NCBI GenBank assembly: GCA_051294905.1 | Contig: CM119371.1 | Location: forward strand, 40,736,001-40,800,000 | Length of the DNA stretch: 64,000 bases | Reading direction: 5' to 3' | Origin: Botryllus schlosseri | Taxonomy: Eukaryota | Shown here: one piece after another, positions 37,039 through 50,864 of the stretch | Layout of the letters: each line of letters begins with the position of its first letter | How positions within the stretch are numbered: position 1 is the first letter of the stretch | The notes under the pieces: generated by a model | Database searches by the model: none | What the model saw: the letters and a program-made list of their open reading frames with translations, nothing else | Told to the model about the DNA's origin: nothing | Program-made: the position numbers and the translations under genes

Positions 37039-39372
37039 CAGTGGCGGCTCGTCCTATAGGGCAACTGGGGCATTGCCCCACCTAAAATTCTGTTCAATAA
37101 CAATTTAACCATTTATAGACGCACAGCAATCAGTATATACCGAGATCACAGCGAAACCCGCATTATTCTTGTGCTTTCGCTAACAAATGCCCATACATAG
37201 CGAAGTCTCTGCGAAAATCGAATTCTCTTCTGTGTTTTCGCTTTGTGAATGCCTAGCCGGGGCTTGCCCCGGTAGCGCTCATAACAAGCTTTCACTATCT
37301 ATTCTCTCAAAGCCGCGCACAATAAAAAAACGGTGATTTACTCTCTCTTATTCGTAAAATGGCCGAGCAAGTGGGGCAACTATGCCTGTCGCCCTTAAGG
37401 TGTGATGTAACAATCGTATCTATATCTGAACTCGGTTACCATGATATGCGTTGAGTCGACCTTTGCTGGTATATGTCGATTTTGACGGTGTTTCGCACCA
37501 TGATAATTCTTGAAACTTGGTATGATATGTCGTGAAGGTAGTATTTAGCACTGCTCCAAGTTTCAGGCTTGCTACTTAAAGATAAGGGTAGTAATTTCGT
37601 TTCCGAAGTTCAGTGTGTGCTGATCTATCATGTACATTGTACAGCAAACAGATTTTACTCAAAAACCGGCATTGGTCTCCATTGATTTTGACGTTCCATA
37701 CCGAGATCGGTCATGACATTTGGCACAGTAAGTCTTAATGTTAGTATCGACCGCTGTAACAAGTTTTAAGTTTGTCACTGAACTATGTGGGTGGTAATTT
37801 CGTTTCCAAAGTCGAGTGAGAGCTGACTCTTCATTTATCGCTAACAGATTTACGCAAAAGCCGTTATTGGTCTCTATTGATTTTAACGATGTTCCATACC
37901 TAGATCTGTCATGAGCTTTTGCACGGTATGTCTTGATTTTAGTATCGAACGCGGTGCCAAGTCTTAAAGTTGACGCTCAATGATTGAGGCAGTTATTTCG
38001 TTTTCGAGGTCGAGTATGGTAGAGATGCGCGCTGATCAGATACTTAGCCTACCCACATCATTGCGGACCTCACGCAAAAGCCGGTGTCTGTCTGTGCTAA
38101 TCTAGTCTGCGTTCCATAACGAGATCGGTGATGATATTTCCAATGGTATATCTCGATGATCGCATGAAACAGCTAACTAAGTTTCTCGGTTTGCATTCAA
38201 ATATTCACATAATTTTATGTTCGCCAATGTGCATTTCACTGTGAAATTGTGGCCTTCAAACCATTTGCTTACAATCCCCTGTCAAATGCGATAGCTATTT
38301 CATTTTCGATGTCGGCTAACAGCTGATCATTCGATCAGCCTATTCCTCGATCTATTTTACTCAAAGTTCGGTGTTCGTCTGTTTGTATTGATTTTGACAG
38401 TGTACCATGCCGGAATGGGTTATGAGATTGCGAATGCTACTTCTCGATGATTTCATGTAACAGTATGCTAAGTTTACGGCTTTCATTCATGTATTTATTG
38501 ATTAATAAATATATTTTCCAACGGCTATTTCGCAGCAGACTTATAGACAGTAAGCCGTATGTGTTGCGTCACAATCTCCAGTTTCAAGGCCAAAATGTAC
38601 TATGTTGTTCCGAGACCGAAGTTCCGAGGCTGCTGTCCTTAGTTCTTCAAAGACCATTCAAATTGATGTTCTGCTGGATTCAATATGACAGGCCCAATCT
38701 ATGAGATAACAATTGCGTATGTGTCCGAAGTCGTTGACCTTTGCAGTTAGGCTTACGCAATCTCTCGAGTTCTAGTCATTGGAATTAGTCTGGTCAAGTC
38801 AAGTGCGAACATGAATCGTATTGAATCTTTGCTCCGTACGTAGGCTAGTTTACGCAGTTGCCTTTAGAGCGAAAATTAAAGGTCTAGAAATTGTCCAGTC
38901 CATTGATCCAATCGTACGCCGGGTACCTCCGCTTTGGTTGCCTATCACCTGTTCGTAACTCGTAACCACCAGCTCAGTGGTCGTAACACACCAGGATCGT
39001 GTACGAAACACTTTCGGACGGCCTATCGATTTGCGTAATCTCTAACTCTACCATGAAATCATAACGCATGCTACTAAGGATGACCTGATAATTGATTCGT
39101 GGCATAGGGACGATTCTTAGTTCACGTACATTATGTAAAATAATCCTTTGATTAAAAAAAATGAATAAAACATTTGTTACCACACTTCAAGTCACGGCTC
39201 ACCGGCAAACCTCTCGCGGCACCTACGTTAAAATCACTGTTGTCGGGAAATTCAGGTGACCATCATATTAAAGTTACTTTTTAACGTTGGAAAACGCCAT
39301 TGTGACGTCATGTTGATAAAAGTCGCTCGCAGCCCTTGCCCCACCGCCCGACATTGTCACGAGCCGCCACTG
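37039..39372. mobile_element. 2.3-kb non-autonomous hAT-type element with internal repeats of about 200 bp
   Basis: TIRs CAGTGGCGGCTCGT / ACGAGCCGCCACTG, perfect 8-bp TSD AATCAAGC, subterminal TTGCCCC motifs. Confidence 0.9.
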
Positions 39373-40735
39373 AATCAAGCCATCCCTGAAGTAACACTCA
39401 ATCCGAACATATTAATTGCAATCACCCAACCGCGTCGGAACCTATCCAACATCGGATGAGTTTTCCACTGATTTGATTGCTATTGCTGCGTCTACCCGTC
39501 TTTCAGGGCCGGTAAGCGGTAGTAGGTCTCAAAAATCGGGCACGGTCTCTTACGAATCGATGTCGTAGTTGCGCTATTCAGACTGCTGTTGTCGACAGTC
39601 GGAGTACTGAAATTGACTTCAAAGACTACCGATGCAGAGATTGAAATCGCTGATTCAGAGATAGGTGAATTTTGTGCGAAAGTCGGAGATTGAGATAAAA
39701 ACAATAAAAGAACGTGGGATGAATGAGGACCATACCAATTAATATAATGGAGAATATCGAATCAACTCAATAATTCGCAGCTCGCAGGCACTCTCAGAAA
39801 TGGGTCGCCAGAATCGCCATTAAACTGTTCCCAGATATGTTGAATAGGGCGGGTGCAGGGTTGCAGGTCAGCAGGTTCTGAGTCATAAGTCAGTCTCACT
39901 TTCACAGTTTTGAATCGAGTCAGGTTGAGTCAGTTTCAAATCACCACCGAGTCAAGTCCTAGTCGGAGTCATGATGTAGGACTGGCATTATATTTTTGTG
40001 GTTGCAAATAGTGTATATATTTCAATTTTCTAGGTCAATTATGGAGTTGTTATTTCAATAATGTGTGATACTCGAATACTTGACTAGACGCCAAATGCGC
40101 GATTCAGAATCGAATCCTTCAGGAAATCGATTTCGATCAGCCCTGATGTTGAGTAAAGTCTGAATTATCTGTAACAATTACAGATGTGTAGCATGAGTAT
40201 CATTGATGATATCTGTAGTGGTTTCTGGATGCGAAGAACTATGTCCGGTTTATGTACATTGCACATGGTTATTAAATAATAAACCACATTCACACAACTT
40301 CAAAGAAAATGAAGCAGCAGCGAAAATATAAAAAGTCAGCGCGGAGGAATTAAATCAAATATCATGGGTTAATACATGATATAAATCGACCTGAATTAAA
40401 TCCGCCTTAAAGATTTAATATCGGAGTGAATGGGGCAATATTGAATATTTTCCAAATACGTAACATTTCTTATAGTGCAACACGTTGTAGATTTTTCCAT
40501 GGTAATGTAAGTAGGCCTACATTGCAGATCATTGATATCACGATGAGCCATTGTTTACTAGGTTGGAGTGAAAACCACATTTTAAATCGAAAGAAGGGTT
40601 CTTAAATCCCGAAAACTTGAATAAAAATTGACATTACGGATGGCCTCCATTTTCCAGCTGGTGACCACTCAATTTCGGCACGCAAGGGGATAAAAATGCA
40701 CATTACAAAACTAAATTAAATATAACATATCTAAC

Positions 40736-42130
40736 CTTTGTAAAGATCGTTTTGTGATTTGGAGAAGACGACGCCTGCCACGAATCGACGCACAACGGAC
40801 CATCGTTCTCCATGGAGATGTTCTTCATCGAAGCGAGAGAACTCGTTGATCTTCATTTCTGTTATAAAAATCGCTGCCAGATATTCTTGAAGGCTTTGAT
40901 GACAGAAAAATAATGTGAAATTCCCTTCCATCAAATGTCGGCTTAGTAGGTTGTTCCCCGGAACTTTAGTCATCAAATCTTGGACTTCATCTGCCGAAAT
41001 TCCAAATTCCTTCAAGACCGTCTCTTTGAACACGACCCGTCCTTCACTCATGCCTCGAAATGCCAATGCCTTCAGTTTGTTGACGATCGATAAAATTTGT
41101 TCCCGATTTCGAATGTTTTCGACGCTCTGTAGAGATGATATGATCCTGTTGTATAGCTCTGTCACCGTTGTTGGAGGAGGTTTATCTGGATCCCTGCCCA
41201 TCACAACTGCCGTTAGAATCAGGAAAACGGGCACAGAGATCAAATTGAGCAATCTTGGTGACATGGTTTCAATTTTCTGCCAGAGCTTCTCACCATTCTC
41301 TTTGAGTAAAAATGCAAATAGCCTATGCGCGTCTTCATACATAAGGCCATTTAGCGTGATGATGGTTTCGGGTCGCGCCATCGCCGGTAACTCTGAAACC
41401 TTGAACTCACGTGAAGCTATGTAGACATTAACGTGACGCAGGATATTCCGGGATAAAATGTTGTGCATGACTGTCCCGCAGCTTGCTTTTTCGTACTGTT
41501 TTATTTTGCGTGGATTTTTCTCAAAATCCCACCTTGTTTGATCAAGCCCGTCAAATATTAGGAGTGCCTCGGATTGATGTTTATCCAGCCATTTGAATGC
41601 CTGATCCTCTTCAAATTCACTTTCGAAGAGCCCTCCAAATAAAAATTTTGATGGTTTAATATCGTCCTTCACTTCAACGTCTTTCAATTCAATATAATGA
41701 ACCATTCTTTTACCGAAAGAGGGCAGATCTTCAAAATGCTCAATTTTCGGGGATGCGCCGAGAGCTCGTCGAGCTATTCTCCGTGTAAGTGTAGATTTTC
41801 CCGATCCTGCAGATGCCACAATAGCGGTTATACCAACTGTTCCTGAAGAGCCTGATTTTTTCTTTTGCCACATGGATGCCACTACGTCATCGATGCCGAT
41901 ATCTTTCGCTTCAATCGTGTCCTTCCGAAGAAATCCAACTTCCTGTGTCAGCTGATTATGGCCATAGCGACCTTTGTAATAATCATCAACGTCAATTTGA
42001 CGCATTTGTGGGTTAACTTCAAAGTCAGGTTGCTGAAGCTTTTCATGTCGAAAATCATCAAGGATATCAATGGCCGTCACTTTCATGGTGTTTTCGTTGC
42101 AAATTTGTACAAACTTTTCCTCGCTAATAT
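40736..42130 (-). CDS. NACHT NTPase exon of an NLR-like protein
   Basis: 1395-bp phase 1-1 exon (tttttcag| ... AAAG|gttag). Walker A ASAGSGKST, Walker B LLIFDGLDQ, sensor IASR, LISVPVFL, LAFRGM and winged-helix FCHQSLQEYLAA are all standard NACHT landmarks. Confidence 0.93.
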
Positions 42131-42764
42131 CTGAAAAATAAGATATGGCAATTATATATATGAATGATAGAGAAAAATTCAAATCTATTCATAGATACAG
42201 TTTGACGAGCAATTGTTGTCATACGGTAAATTGACTGCAGATGCACGCAGGCAATAAGACTTTGTTTGTCAGGACTGGCAATATATAGCTGAAAGGTAAC
42301 ATCCCCAGGAATGATAATGCATTTACGCACAAGGAAAACAATAATTACAGTGGCAGTCGTCCATATTTTCTACGCTAACGCGAATATCAGGTTGGGATAG
42401 CTATTAGTTGTCCGGTATATGAGCATGTGAAATATTGAATACGACACAAAACCTGCTGTAATTGCTTGGTATCACAAGATAAGTTGACTGGCTAAAGAGG
42501 TAATGAGTATTCCTTGTGAAAGAGCGTTCAGTTTGTGTGGAAATATGTTTGTTTATAATAAAATATATTCTGTCATTCCACAAGTTCAAATCGGGGTTTC
42601 TCACACTATTTCACCCGATCCTCCCCTTGCCGCGAACCAGGTATCAACGTCCCCAAACCTGCGACACGATCGTTACCACATCGCTATTTTGAGACTAGAT
42701 TCAGCCTAAAGAAATCGCATAAAACATAGTGAGCATTGAAACAGCGACAGCAAGTATATCCCAC

Positions 42765-42905
42765 CTTTGTTTGGTGCTGAATGTTCGGCACCGTTGGCGT
42801 GATGATGGTGTTGAATAATCTGGTTCCCAGCTATGACGTTTACCGAGCTATTTTCGAATGTTTGAGCAATTTGTCCCTCGGCTAATTTCGCAGATTTTGC
42901 AGAAC
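42765..42905 (-). CDS. Exon just upstream of NACHT with a RHIM-like motif (GSAKSAKLAEGQIAQTFENSSVNVIAGNQIIQHHHH...PNK)
   Basis: Acceptor ctcttcacag|, 141-bp phase 1-1, donor AAAG|gtggga. In frame with the NACHT exon and homologous to exon 51729-51875. Confidence 0.7.
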
Positions 42906-45326
42906 CTGTGAAGAGTTCGACGTGTGAAGTCGGGTACAGGCTGTTCGGATGATAAATGCAAGATGCTATCTCTCTATTCGGTCTTTTCGGTGCTTTCTCG
43001 CTACGCCCGTATAGTTTGATGTTCAATTTAGTACAGCATTTCACATACCTCAAGCGAATTTCACGCTATGACTTTCATAACGTAGAACGTAATTGGTCTC
43101 TGTCAGCTTCGTGAGTCCATTAGGAATATCATCTAGTCTAAATAGCACCTCATTCGATGTTTTTAAATTAATATTTTGAAAAAAAACGGCTTTCTTGTGT
43201 GGTGATCAGCCATTTTGGTTGCCCCGAAGATGCAACTTGCAATTTCAAGAGTATATAGCACTGCCTCGAGAGTATAGTACAGCCTCACTTTTGTTTTCAT
43301 TTGCTTTTATTCACTATTTAAATCAGTATTTCTTCTAACTCCACTTGAATTGGTTTTACATTTATTCGGATGGACTACGTTTACTCGTATGTAAATTGTG
43401 GTGTTACTTTTCTCTGTACTTGAGTACAACGGCTGTTTACGTTGTCAACTTAGGAACAAACCGATTGATGACTATACGCCTGAAAAAAACTATTACTTTG
43501 ATCCGTTTCCAATGAAGTTGATGGTCTCTTTAAAATTTCGTCATCGTCTCCTCGAATATTCTTCAATGAATATGAATAATATGACTCAATTTATAGCTGA
43601 AAAAGATTACACGAAAGCCAGATGATTATTTGCACAAGTAACATTGATGTCATATTTTATTTTTGTTATTGGAATTCTGGCTCTGCCCTAAGGCTTACAA
43701 ACCCCAGAACAATGGTTCCAATGTGAATGATATCGCTGCCCTGGATACGATTTTGCGAAAGAGCCAAAAAAGTGTTTAAATTTACCTAGTCTACAGGCAA
43801 AACTGCACGAGCAGGTGGCCACAACATATAACCTACTTTAAAAGAAACAGTAAACAAAAATAACATCACCGATGTCGGCTAGTCTCTAAAGGGGCGATAA
43901 AGATATGCTAGGCTTGATAAGGAGGCGATGATGGAGAATCTTCCTGAACTACCGGTCAATAACCTATATATATGGTTACCATAAACGTCTCCCTTTTTCA
44001 GTTTTTAAAAATGTTCTCCGAGGATGTCCAAATGTCCTCATTTTTGGGAATTTTTCCTCCTTTACAGCTTCAAGAGCTAATGATAGTGGATAGATTCGAA
44101 GGGAAATGAGCATAAATAACGCTAAATAAAAAAATCGTGGTTCGACGAAAATGACGACCTTTTTTTAGTCAACCAACGTAAAGTGCAAGGAAAAACTGTG
44201 TTCCTGGAGTTGAGCCGGGGAGTTTTCCTTTTACTAATTTTTAGTCAGACGGCCAAGAAGTGGGAAAAATTTACCATTTTTCCGCATTGTGCTCCACAAT
44301 TCTAAGTCTAAAAATTAAAAAAAAGTGTCCTCCTTTCCCGATTCCAAAATATGGTAACCCTACACTTTGGAATACTACGTCAAGTATAGTATGTACGGTG
44401 TAAGTGAGACTTAACGAGCGCAAGTTACGAGCACACAGTCAAACGCATGCAGGCTACAAAAACGACAATGAGGCTTAAAGATGCATATCACCAATACAAA
44501 GAAGTGCGATGATTTGGAAGAGATGTTGCGTGACATGATCATTTCCATTGATTTTGTCTGTCCTGGATTTCCTACAAAATGTGAATCGGACGTTGCGATA
44601 ACAGCGTATATTGGGCTGCTTATAAATTAGATCCACACGAAATAGTGCGGTGCAAGGGCATTGTGTAAAGCCAGTGTGGTAAACACTGAATTAAACTGTA
44701 ATTTCGGACTGAATTATCTTCGTTTACCTATTACAGTGGATTATACAATGTTGACGTCCGGTGTGTTATCAAATATTTCGTAAATTCAGAATTTCGTATG
44801 GTATATTATAAAATCTTTTTGCAATACTAATACAAACGAGGATCGTATATTCACTATCATTATGATTTTTCAAAAAGCTTCCTGTCACATTTTGTAATTC
44901 TACTGCAATGGTATGCTTTCACGAACGGAGATTGGCCCAATGAGTAATTGCATACATAATATTTGCAACACTCTCATATGGAATAATTAAAGTCCAACCA
45001 AATAATAGTGAACATGCCATCATTACAGTTTTGCGTCAGTTTGATGCTGATTAGTCGACAGGTTGAATGTTATGATGTCGAAGTACGAACATTTCTTATC
45101 AACTATTTTACATCTTTGTACAAGTTCTGCAGAAGTACCTATTATCGTATTCGATTGCAAAATGAGCAGAGTGCTACGATTGCATATTCACACCGAATAC
45201 ATTGAATTATCAGACGCTTCGCTGTTCAATTGTACAAATATATTTACTAACTGGTAAATATATGATTTCAGAGCTTGTGTAGATATCGTAAATAGATGCA
45301 TATTTGGACCATTAACAGACATCATC

Positions 45327-45712
45327 GTTTGTATTTGTATTTCATCGAACAATTTTTTTGGCCCTTATCGCCGATAAGGTCATTTACGCCCGATCATGTA
45401 TTGTCCATGATTGTCCTTTGCTTTGTCTTTGCTTGTAGTGCGATATTTGCGAACGATTACCAGTCACACTCTTTTCCACTCTCTCACGCCCGAGTCCTCG
45501 TCAGAGTCAGTTGACAGTAACTTTTCGTTAGCTCGACCCTACTTGCTTCATCTGGGCTTCATGCACGACACTGCATATGCACTTTATGCAGTGAGATCAG
45601 AGATGAGGAGTCCAGATAAATGTCCGACCGACACATAGAAGTAGGTCCGAACCGGAATTGGAACCTCTGCCATTGGTGTCGTGACTCTGGTACATAACCA
45701 ACTGTGCCACTT
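45327..45712 (-). mobile_element. tRNA-derived SINE (older copy)
   Basis: The minus-strand head GTGGCACAGTTGGTT...GGTTCCAATTCCGG resembles A and B boxes. The body is homologous to 56480-56600 (GATGAGGAG.CCAGATAAA, GACACATAGAAGT, CCATTGGTGTCGTGAC). Confidence 0.7.
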
Positions 45713-48099
45713 GCTTCCCAGACATCAGACATAATCACAAGTTGTTTATTGGATTACTGACGATGATTACTGGTGCGGTGTGGTTGATAATTATACCAGA
45801 CACACGAACGAGTGACTCTATTCACGCTATAGTTATCATCAAACATTGCATACATTAAGTAAAAGCTAAATCATGTACCATTGTGCGTTGCATCATGCTC
45901 AGACAATATCACGCATTTCTCCGATTAGGCGACCGCGCCATCGGTGTTTTGGCTGGTTCTTGCAAATATTGGAAACTTTCTATTGTAGGTTAAAGTTTCT
46001 GCATGGTTTACCAGTCATATCCACCCTCCACTCGTTTCTACACATCCTGCTGCTTGGTTTTATATCGAAATGCCGAAACAGATAGTTGTGAGGAATTAAT
46101 CGACTCAGCGAATCCATCAGGAGCCTTTCTGATGCAAACTTTATGTGGGGTTTGTAAATATTGGATCATGATTTCCTTCTTATTGCAATCCGGTTTAGTA
46201 TATATTACAGTTTAAATCGTGAATTTAACCACTTAAAATTATCACACCACAATTCACACAATATATTCACGGCCAAACCGTCAAAAAAGTGAATGAATAA
46301 GGTCCCGAGTCTGCCAATGGCCATACTTATAATCTCGCGCTTAAGCGCCACATTTTGAGTTCGACTTCAACCTTACACCGTCCTCAAATACCATAGCCCG
46401 CCAAATATAACTCGAGGGAACACTGAGAGAGCAATAAACATGGTCAAATACCACGTGCTCTACTTGAAAACATTTGCATGCCACTAGATTTGTCCACGTA
46501 GGGTACCAAAGTTTAAGAAACACCGCCTTACATGAAAAACTTCATCAGCATGAATATTGGTTAGTTGAAATACTGATAAGCGAAAAACGAGATTTTCCAC
46601 GAACTTCTTGACTTTTTTAATTCGACTTCACGCGTAATCTCTACGGTTATCCTATACATGCGTTGATGAGACTCATTGCTGCTAATCCATGTATCACCCC
46701 TGTATTCTTCTTATAATTTGCTCAGCATTTATTGTTACTTATTGGCATTTGGACGGAGATAATAAAGTTCGCGGATGCGGGAGAATGCTAATCCTATGAA
46801 TAAATACTTCTAATTGCGACGAGTAAAGTTGGAAAAGGTTACGCACGATGGTTGGCCGAGGTGTCCCGAGTTTTCAATCAAGAGGCGTTATCTGTTGCAT
46901 CATAATGCGAAAACGCGTTATAGGCTGGAAAGTGTCAATTTGTTGAATGAAACAGCAGCCTGCTGAAAACTATTCTGCCACTGCAATAGGTAGAATTATC
47001 ATCACTGCGAAATGAAAGTCGTGTCCAATTCGTACGGTACAGCTAAGAAACGGATTATAGAATGGTGATATCGCTCTGCAATAGCGGGTACATAATTCGT
47101 TGATTGTTTAGTGAAGATATCACCCTCTAGGACAGACCTGGGCAAAGTGCGGCCCGCGGGCCAAATGCGGCCTGCGAAGCTATTCTGTGCGGCCCGCAAA
47201 AGATTGCTTGGAATTCAAAACATAGAACTTGCTTTTCGAATGACTGGCAGGCTGCATCAAATGAAATTCGTTTACTTTGAAGCCTGTCCAAGTGTCCATT
47301 AAAATGCCACGATTACGCCGCCTATACGCACCTCGTGTGAGTTATCCAGATTCAAAACAAAGGCAATGTGGCAGAGTGTGGGTAGCAATTTAAGACACAA
47401 TAAATCACTCTTTCTCTCTCTATATATTTTTAAACCTTCTTTGTTGCCATTGTCACATTATACGCATTCAAATTGTTACGGCATACGTTACCAAATCCCT
47501 AATCTCGCGAATACTGTTATTTGAGTCATCATGTCTATCACCCATGAAGGTTGCGCGGGCATGTGAAAATAAAAAAGCCGAAAAATGAAATTCAAAGAAG
47601 GTTTAGAGAAGTGGTTCCCGACATTTCCGACTCCTCGTTCCCTTATCAAGCTCAACACAAATTTTCGCCCACTTATTTACGGATCCGATATACGGGGTAT
47701 ATCAACGGGTTATTTATTCACCACAATTTGATCGCTGGGCATTTGGCAAAAAAAAGAAAGGTAATTTTTCCGAGTAGGTATTCCGACAACCGGTTTCTGC
47801 GACCGAGTCTACTTTCCATTGAGTTGACCTTATTTTTCGTCAACTTTCCAATCATATGGAGAATTAGCCGTCTTCACTTGCATTTTTGGCCGTGTTCATT
47901 AAATATATCTCACAAGACGTTCTAACATTTTCGTCCTCCGTCGCCCACTTTGGTATTTTCGACCCTTTTATTTTTCAAAATCACCCACGTTAGGAACCAC
48001 TGGTTTAGAGCACCAAATATTTGTATACTGAAGTCAGGGACGAACCAGTCCTTTTTTGCCGAGCATGTCGCCGAAATTAAGGATTTTAATTGAAGTCGG

Positions 48100-50730
48100 A
48101 AGATAATTACTGAACCCACAAGAATAACTGATCAATCCAAAACTCTACTAGATCACTTCTACTGCAACACTCATCAATATCACCTGTCCCCTTTTGTGCT
48201 CCAACACAGTATGACTGATCACTATCCCATCATCTGCCACATGAAATTGGCCCTGCCACATAGTGTTAAAGAATTTGAATCTCGAACGCCCTTAAACCCA
48301 CGCGGTATAGAGGAGTATATTGAAATTGTCAGCAATACCTTCAACAACTACAAAATTCCTCCACTCACAACTGACAACTACAACTGCCATTTTGAAAAAT
48401 TTATTGAGGAACTGCGGGCAGCCCTCGACACATCTTTCCCAATTAGGAAAGTCAACCGCAATGCAAGGCGCTTGAAATCGAAACCCTGGATTGGTCATGA
48501 CATACTAGTTGCAATCAAAACAAGGGATTGGATGCATAAGCACTACTATCTGCAAGGCACCATCGAAGGCAAAAAAGTGTACAAAAAATATGCAAACCAA
48601 GTGACGCATATGAAAGGAAATGCCAAAAAAACATACTTCCAAAAAAGATTCGAAGAGTGCTCCAAAGATCCCAAGAACACATGGAAAACCATTGGAGAAA
48701 TTATCAACCTAACTAAAGGTAATGCTCCCAAGAGTACTGATGACATCGAGCTACTCGAGAATGGCAGCACCATCAAAGACCAGCTTGCAGTAGCAGAAAA
48801 GTTCAATCAGTATTTTTGCAACATTGGTCCGGATCTTGCAGCTTCAATACCAAACTCCTCCGATGACTTTCTCTCGTACTTGAGTCCTGGCCCTCAGAAA
48901 TCCATTTTTCTTGAGCCGACAAGTGAAGGAGAAGTTGCGATCGTATTATCTGAAATGGAAAGTAACAAAGCAGTAGGACCCGATCTCATCCCAACTCACT
49001 TTCTGAAGCTAGTCTTTAATATTATTGGTGATGTTATATGCATTTTCTTTAATGAGTCGATACGTCTAGGCATTTTCCCAGATGCACTGAAAACTGCCAG
49101 AGTAATGCCATTGTTTAAGAAAGGCTGTAAAAAGCTAATTTCTAACTACCGACCAATATCTGTTTTGCCAAATCTTGCCACGGTTTTTGAGAAACTGATT
49201 GACTGCCGACTTAAGAACTTTTTTGAATTGAATGCAGTACTGTCTCCGACCCAGCATGGATTCAGATCCAACCACAACACCAACCATGCAATACTATCAA
49301 TTGTAACGGACTATTACAAAACCATCAAGCAAAAAGAAAGTGGCAGCAGCATTTTTATCGATCTCCGCAAAGCTTTCGACACAGTTAACCACAGAATCTT
49401 AAGATACAAGCTAGAACACTATGGAATCAGGGGTATTGCAGCAACTCTACTTGAAAGCTACCTGGCAAACCGCAAACAATTTGTTAAACTTGGGACATTA
49501 AGAACGACTACCAGAGATATAACTTGTGGAGTGCCACAAGGCTCAGTCATTGGACCGACTTTTTTCTTCATTTATATTAACGACATTGTTAATGCATCTT
49601 TATTCCGCACAACGCTATTTGCTGATGATACTCACCTCTTCATAACCTCCAACACTGTCGATGATTTGCATGCATCTGTGAATAGGGAACTCCCAAAAGT
49701 GTCGAGATGGCTGCAAGCAAACAAACTAAGTTTGAATGCAGATAAGACCGAGATGCTCGTTTTAAATAATGCCAGTCATAATTTCACTGTGAACATCAAT
49801 CATAAACAAATCTCACTATGTGACTCAGCAAAATATCTCGTCGTCACCATTGATTCCAAATTGTCTTGGAAGCAGCATATTGAATGCACAATATCAAAAC
49901 TAGCTCGGTGTGTGGGAATAATGACCCGTCTCCAATCTTTGGTTTCCAGATCAGTACTACGAACCATCTACTTCTCTCTTTTCCACTCGCATCTGCAATA
50001 TGGAATCGTAGTATGGGGAAATGCATGTACAACATTTTTGTGCAGAATTCGAACCCTGCAAAACCGTGCGATACGGCTGATCTCATCTGTACCTTTACGT
50101 ACCAATTTATCGCCTTACTACCGTAAGCATCGAATTTTGCGAGTTGATGAACTGTATCGCTTCGAAGTATCAAAAGTTGTTCACAAATATTTTTCCAATA
50201 GTCTCCCTCCTGTGTTTGATGACTTTTTCATACCTGCTAAACATGTCCATTCCCATTACACGAGATCTTCGTCTAAAGGAAACGTCTACTTACCCCAACC
50301 CAATAGCAACCTAACTAAGAGATCTATCGACTACTCGGGACCTATCATCTGGAATGCATTACCATCACATATCCGTGAATTGCCTTATAATAGATTCAAA
50401 AAAGCCCTACTTGATCACCTCTTGTCGTTACACTAACACTGTTGCCCTACCTCGCCCAGACATTGCTTCATTGATCATTTGCTACCATTGTTTAATTTTT
50501 TTTATATTTTCCTTTCCTAACTAAACATTTTTTCACAGCCAGACTGTTCTGAGTCAAGTGTACCTGTTTGATGCTGGTGTGATCAGACTAGATGACCTTC
50601 ACGGTCTTATCGATCATTCCTATCTAATACCGAATACTGTGCACGCATATTTTCTGTACCACCATCACTGCCGTTTGTTATGTATTTTGGTTCGATGAAA
50701 ATAAAGACTCTCTCTCTCTCTCTCTCTCTC
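48100..50730 (+). mobile_element. 5'-truncated CR1/L2-group LINE
   Basis: Frame opens near 48100 (IITEPTRITDQSKTLLDHF...TDHYPI, end of EN). 3' hairpin TGATC-AGACTAGATGACCTTCACGGTCTTATC-GATCA (50580-50616), AATAAA and a (CT)n tail to 50730. Confidence 0.93.
48196..50436 (+). CDS. LINE ORF2 remnant: end of endonuclease + intact reverse transcriptase
   Basis: KPWI, NYRPIS, QHGFR, IDLRKAFDTV, GVPQGSVIGP, FADDT; 746 aa uninterrupted. Confidence 0.9.
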   Translation: MLQHSMTDHYPIICHMKLALPHSVKEFESRTPLNPRGIEEYIEIVSNTFNNYKIPPLTTDNYNCHFEKFIEELRAALDTSFPIRKVNRNARRLKSKPWIGHDILVAIKTRDWMHKHYYLQGTIEGKKVYKKYANQVTHMKGNAKKTYFQKRFEECSKDPKNTWKTIGEIINLTKGNAPKSTDDIELLENGSTIKDQLAVAEKFNQYFCNIGPDLAASIPNSSDDFLSYLSPGPQKSIFLEPTSEGEVAIVLSEMESNKAVGPDLIPTHFLKLVFNIIGDVICIFFNESIRLGIFPDALKTARVMPLFKKGCKKLISNYRPISVLPNLATVFEKLIDCRLKNFFELNAVLSPTQHGFRSNHNTNHAILSIVTDYYKTIKQKESGSSIFIDLRKAFDTVNHRILRYKLEHYGIRGIAATLLESYLANRKQFVKLGTLRTTTRDITCGVPQGSVIGPTFFFIYINDIVNASLFRTTLFADDTHLFITSNTVDDLHASVNRELPKVSRWLQANKLSLNADKTEMLVLNNASHNFTVNINHKQISLCDSAKYLVVTIDSKLSWKQHIECTISKLARCVGIMTRLQSLVSRSVLRTIYFSLFHSHLQYGIVVWGNACTTFLCRIRTLQNRAIRLISSVPLRTNLSPYYRKHRILRVDELYRFEVSKVVHKYFSNSLPPVFDDFFIPAKHVHSHYTRSSSKGNVYLPQPNSNLTKRSIDYSGPIIWNALPSHIRELPYNRFKKALLDHLLSLH

Positions 50731-50864
50731 TTATAGCGAAAAGACGAAACACTTTTCAGAAAAACTGCAAGCTTCGCTCAACATCAAGACTGTTTAAGCT
50801 GTACACTGATCGGAAGGCAGTGACCAGGAAAATAAGATTTGTGCTATCGATATACATTTCAGTG

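Noticed and set aside
40915..41424. 169-aa plus-strand ORF
   Set aside because: Antisense shadow of the NACHT exon.
43049..43138. Extra coding exon upstream of the RHIM-like exon (good ag/gtatgt sites)
   Set aside because: All three frames contain a stop, including the phase needed to join 42905. It could still be a UTR or decayed exon.
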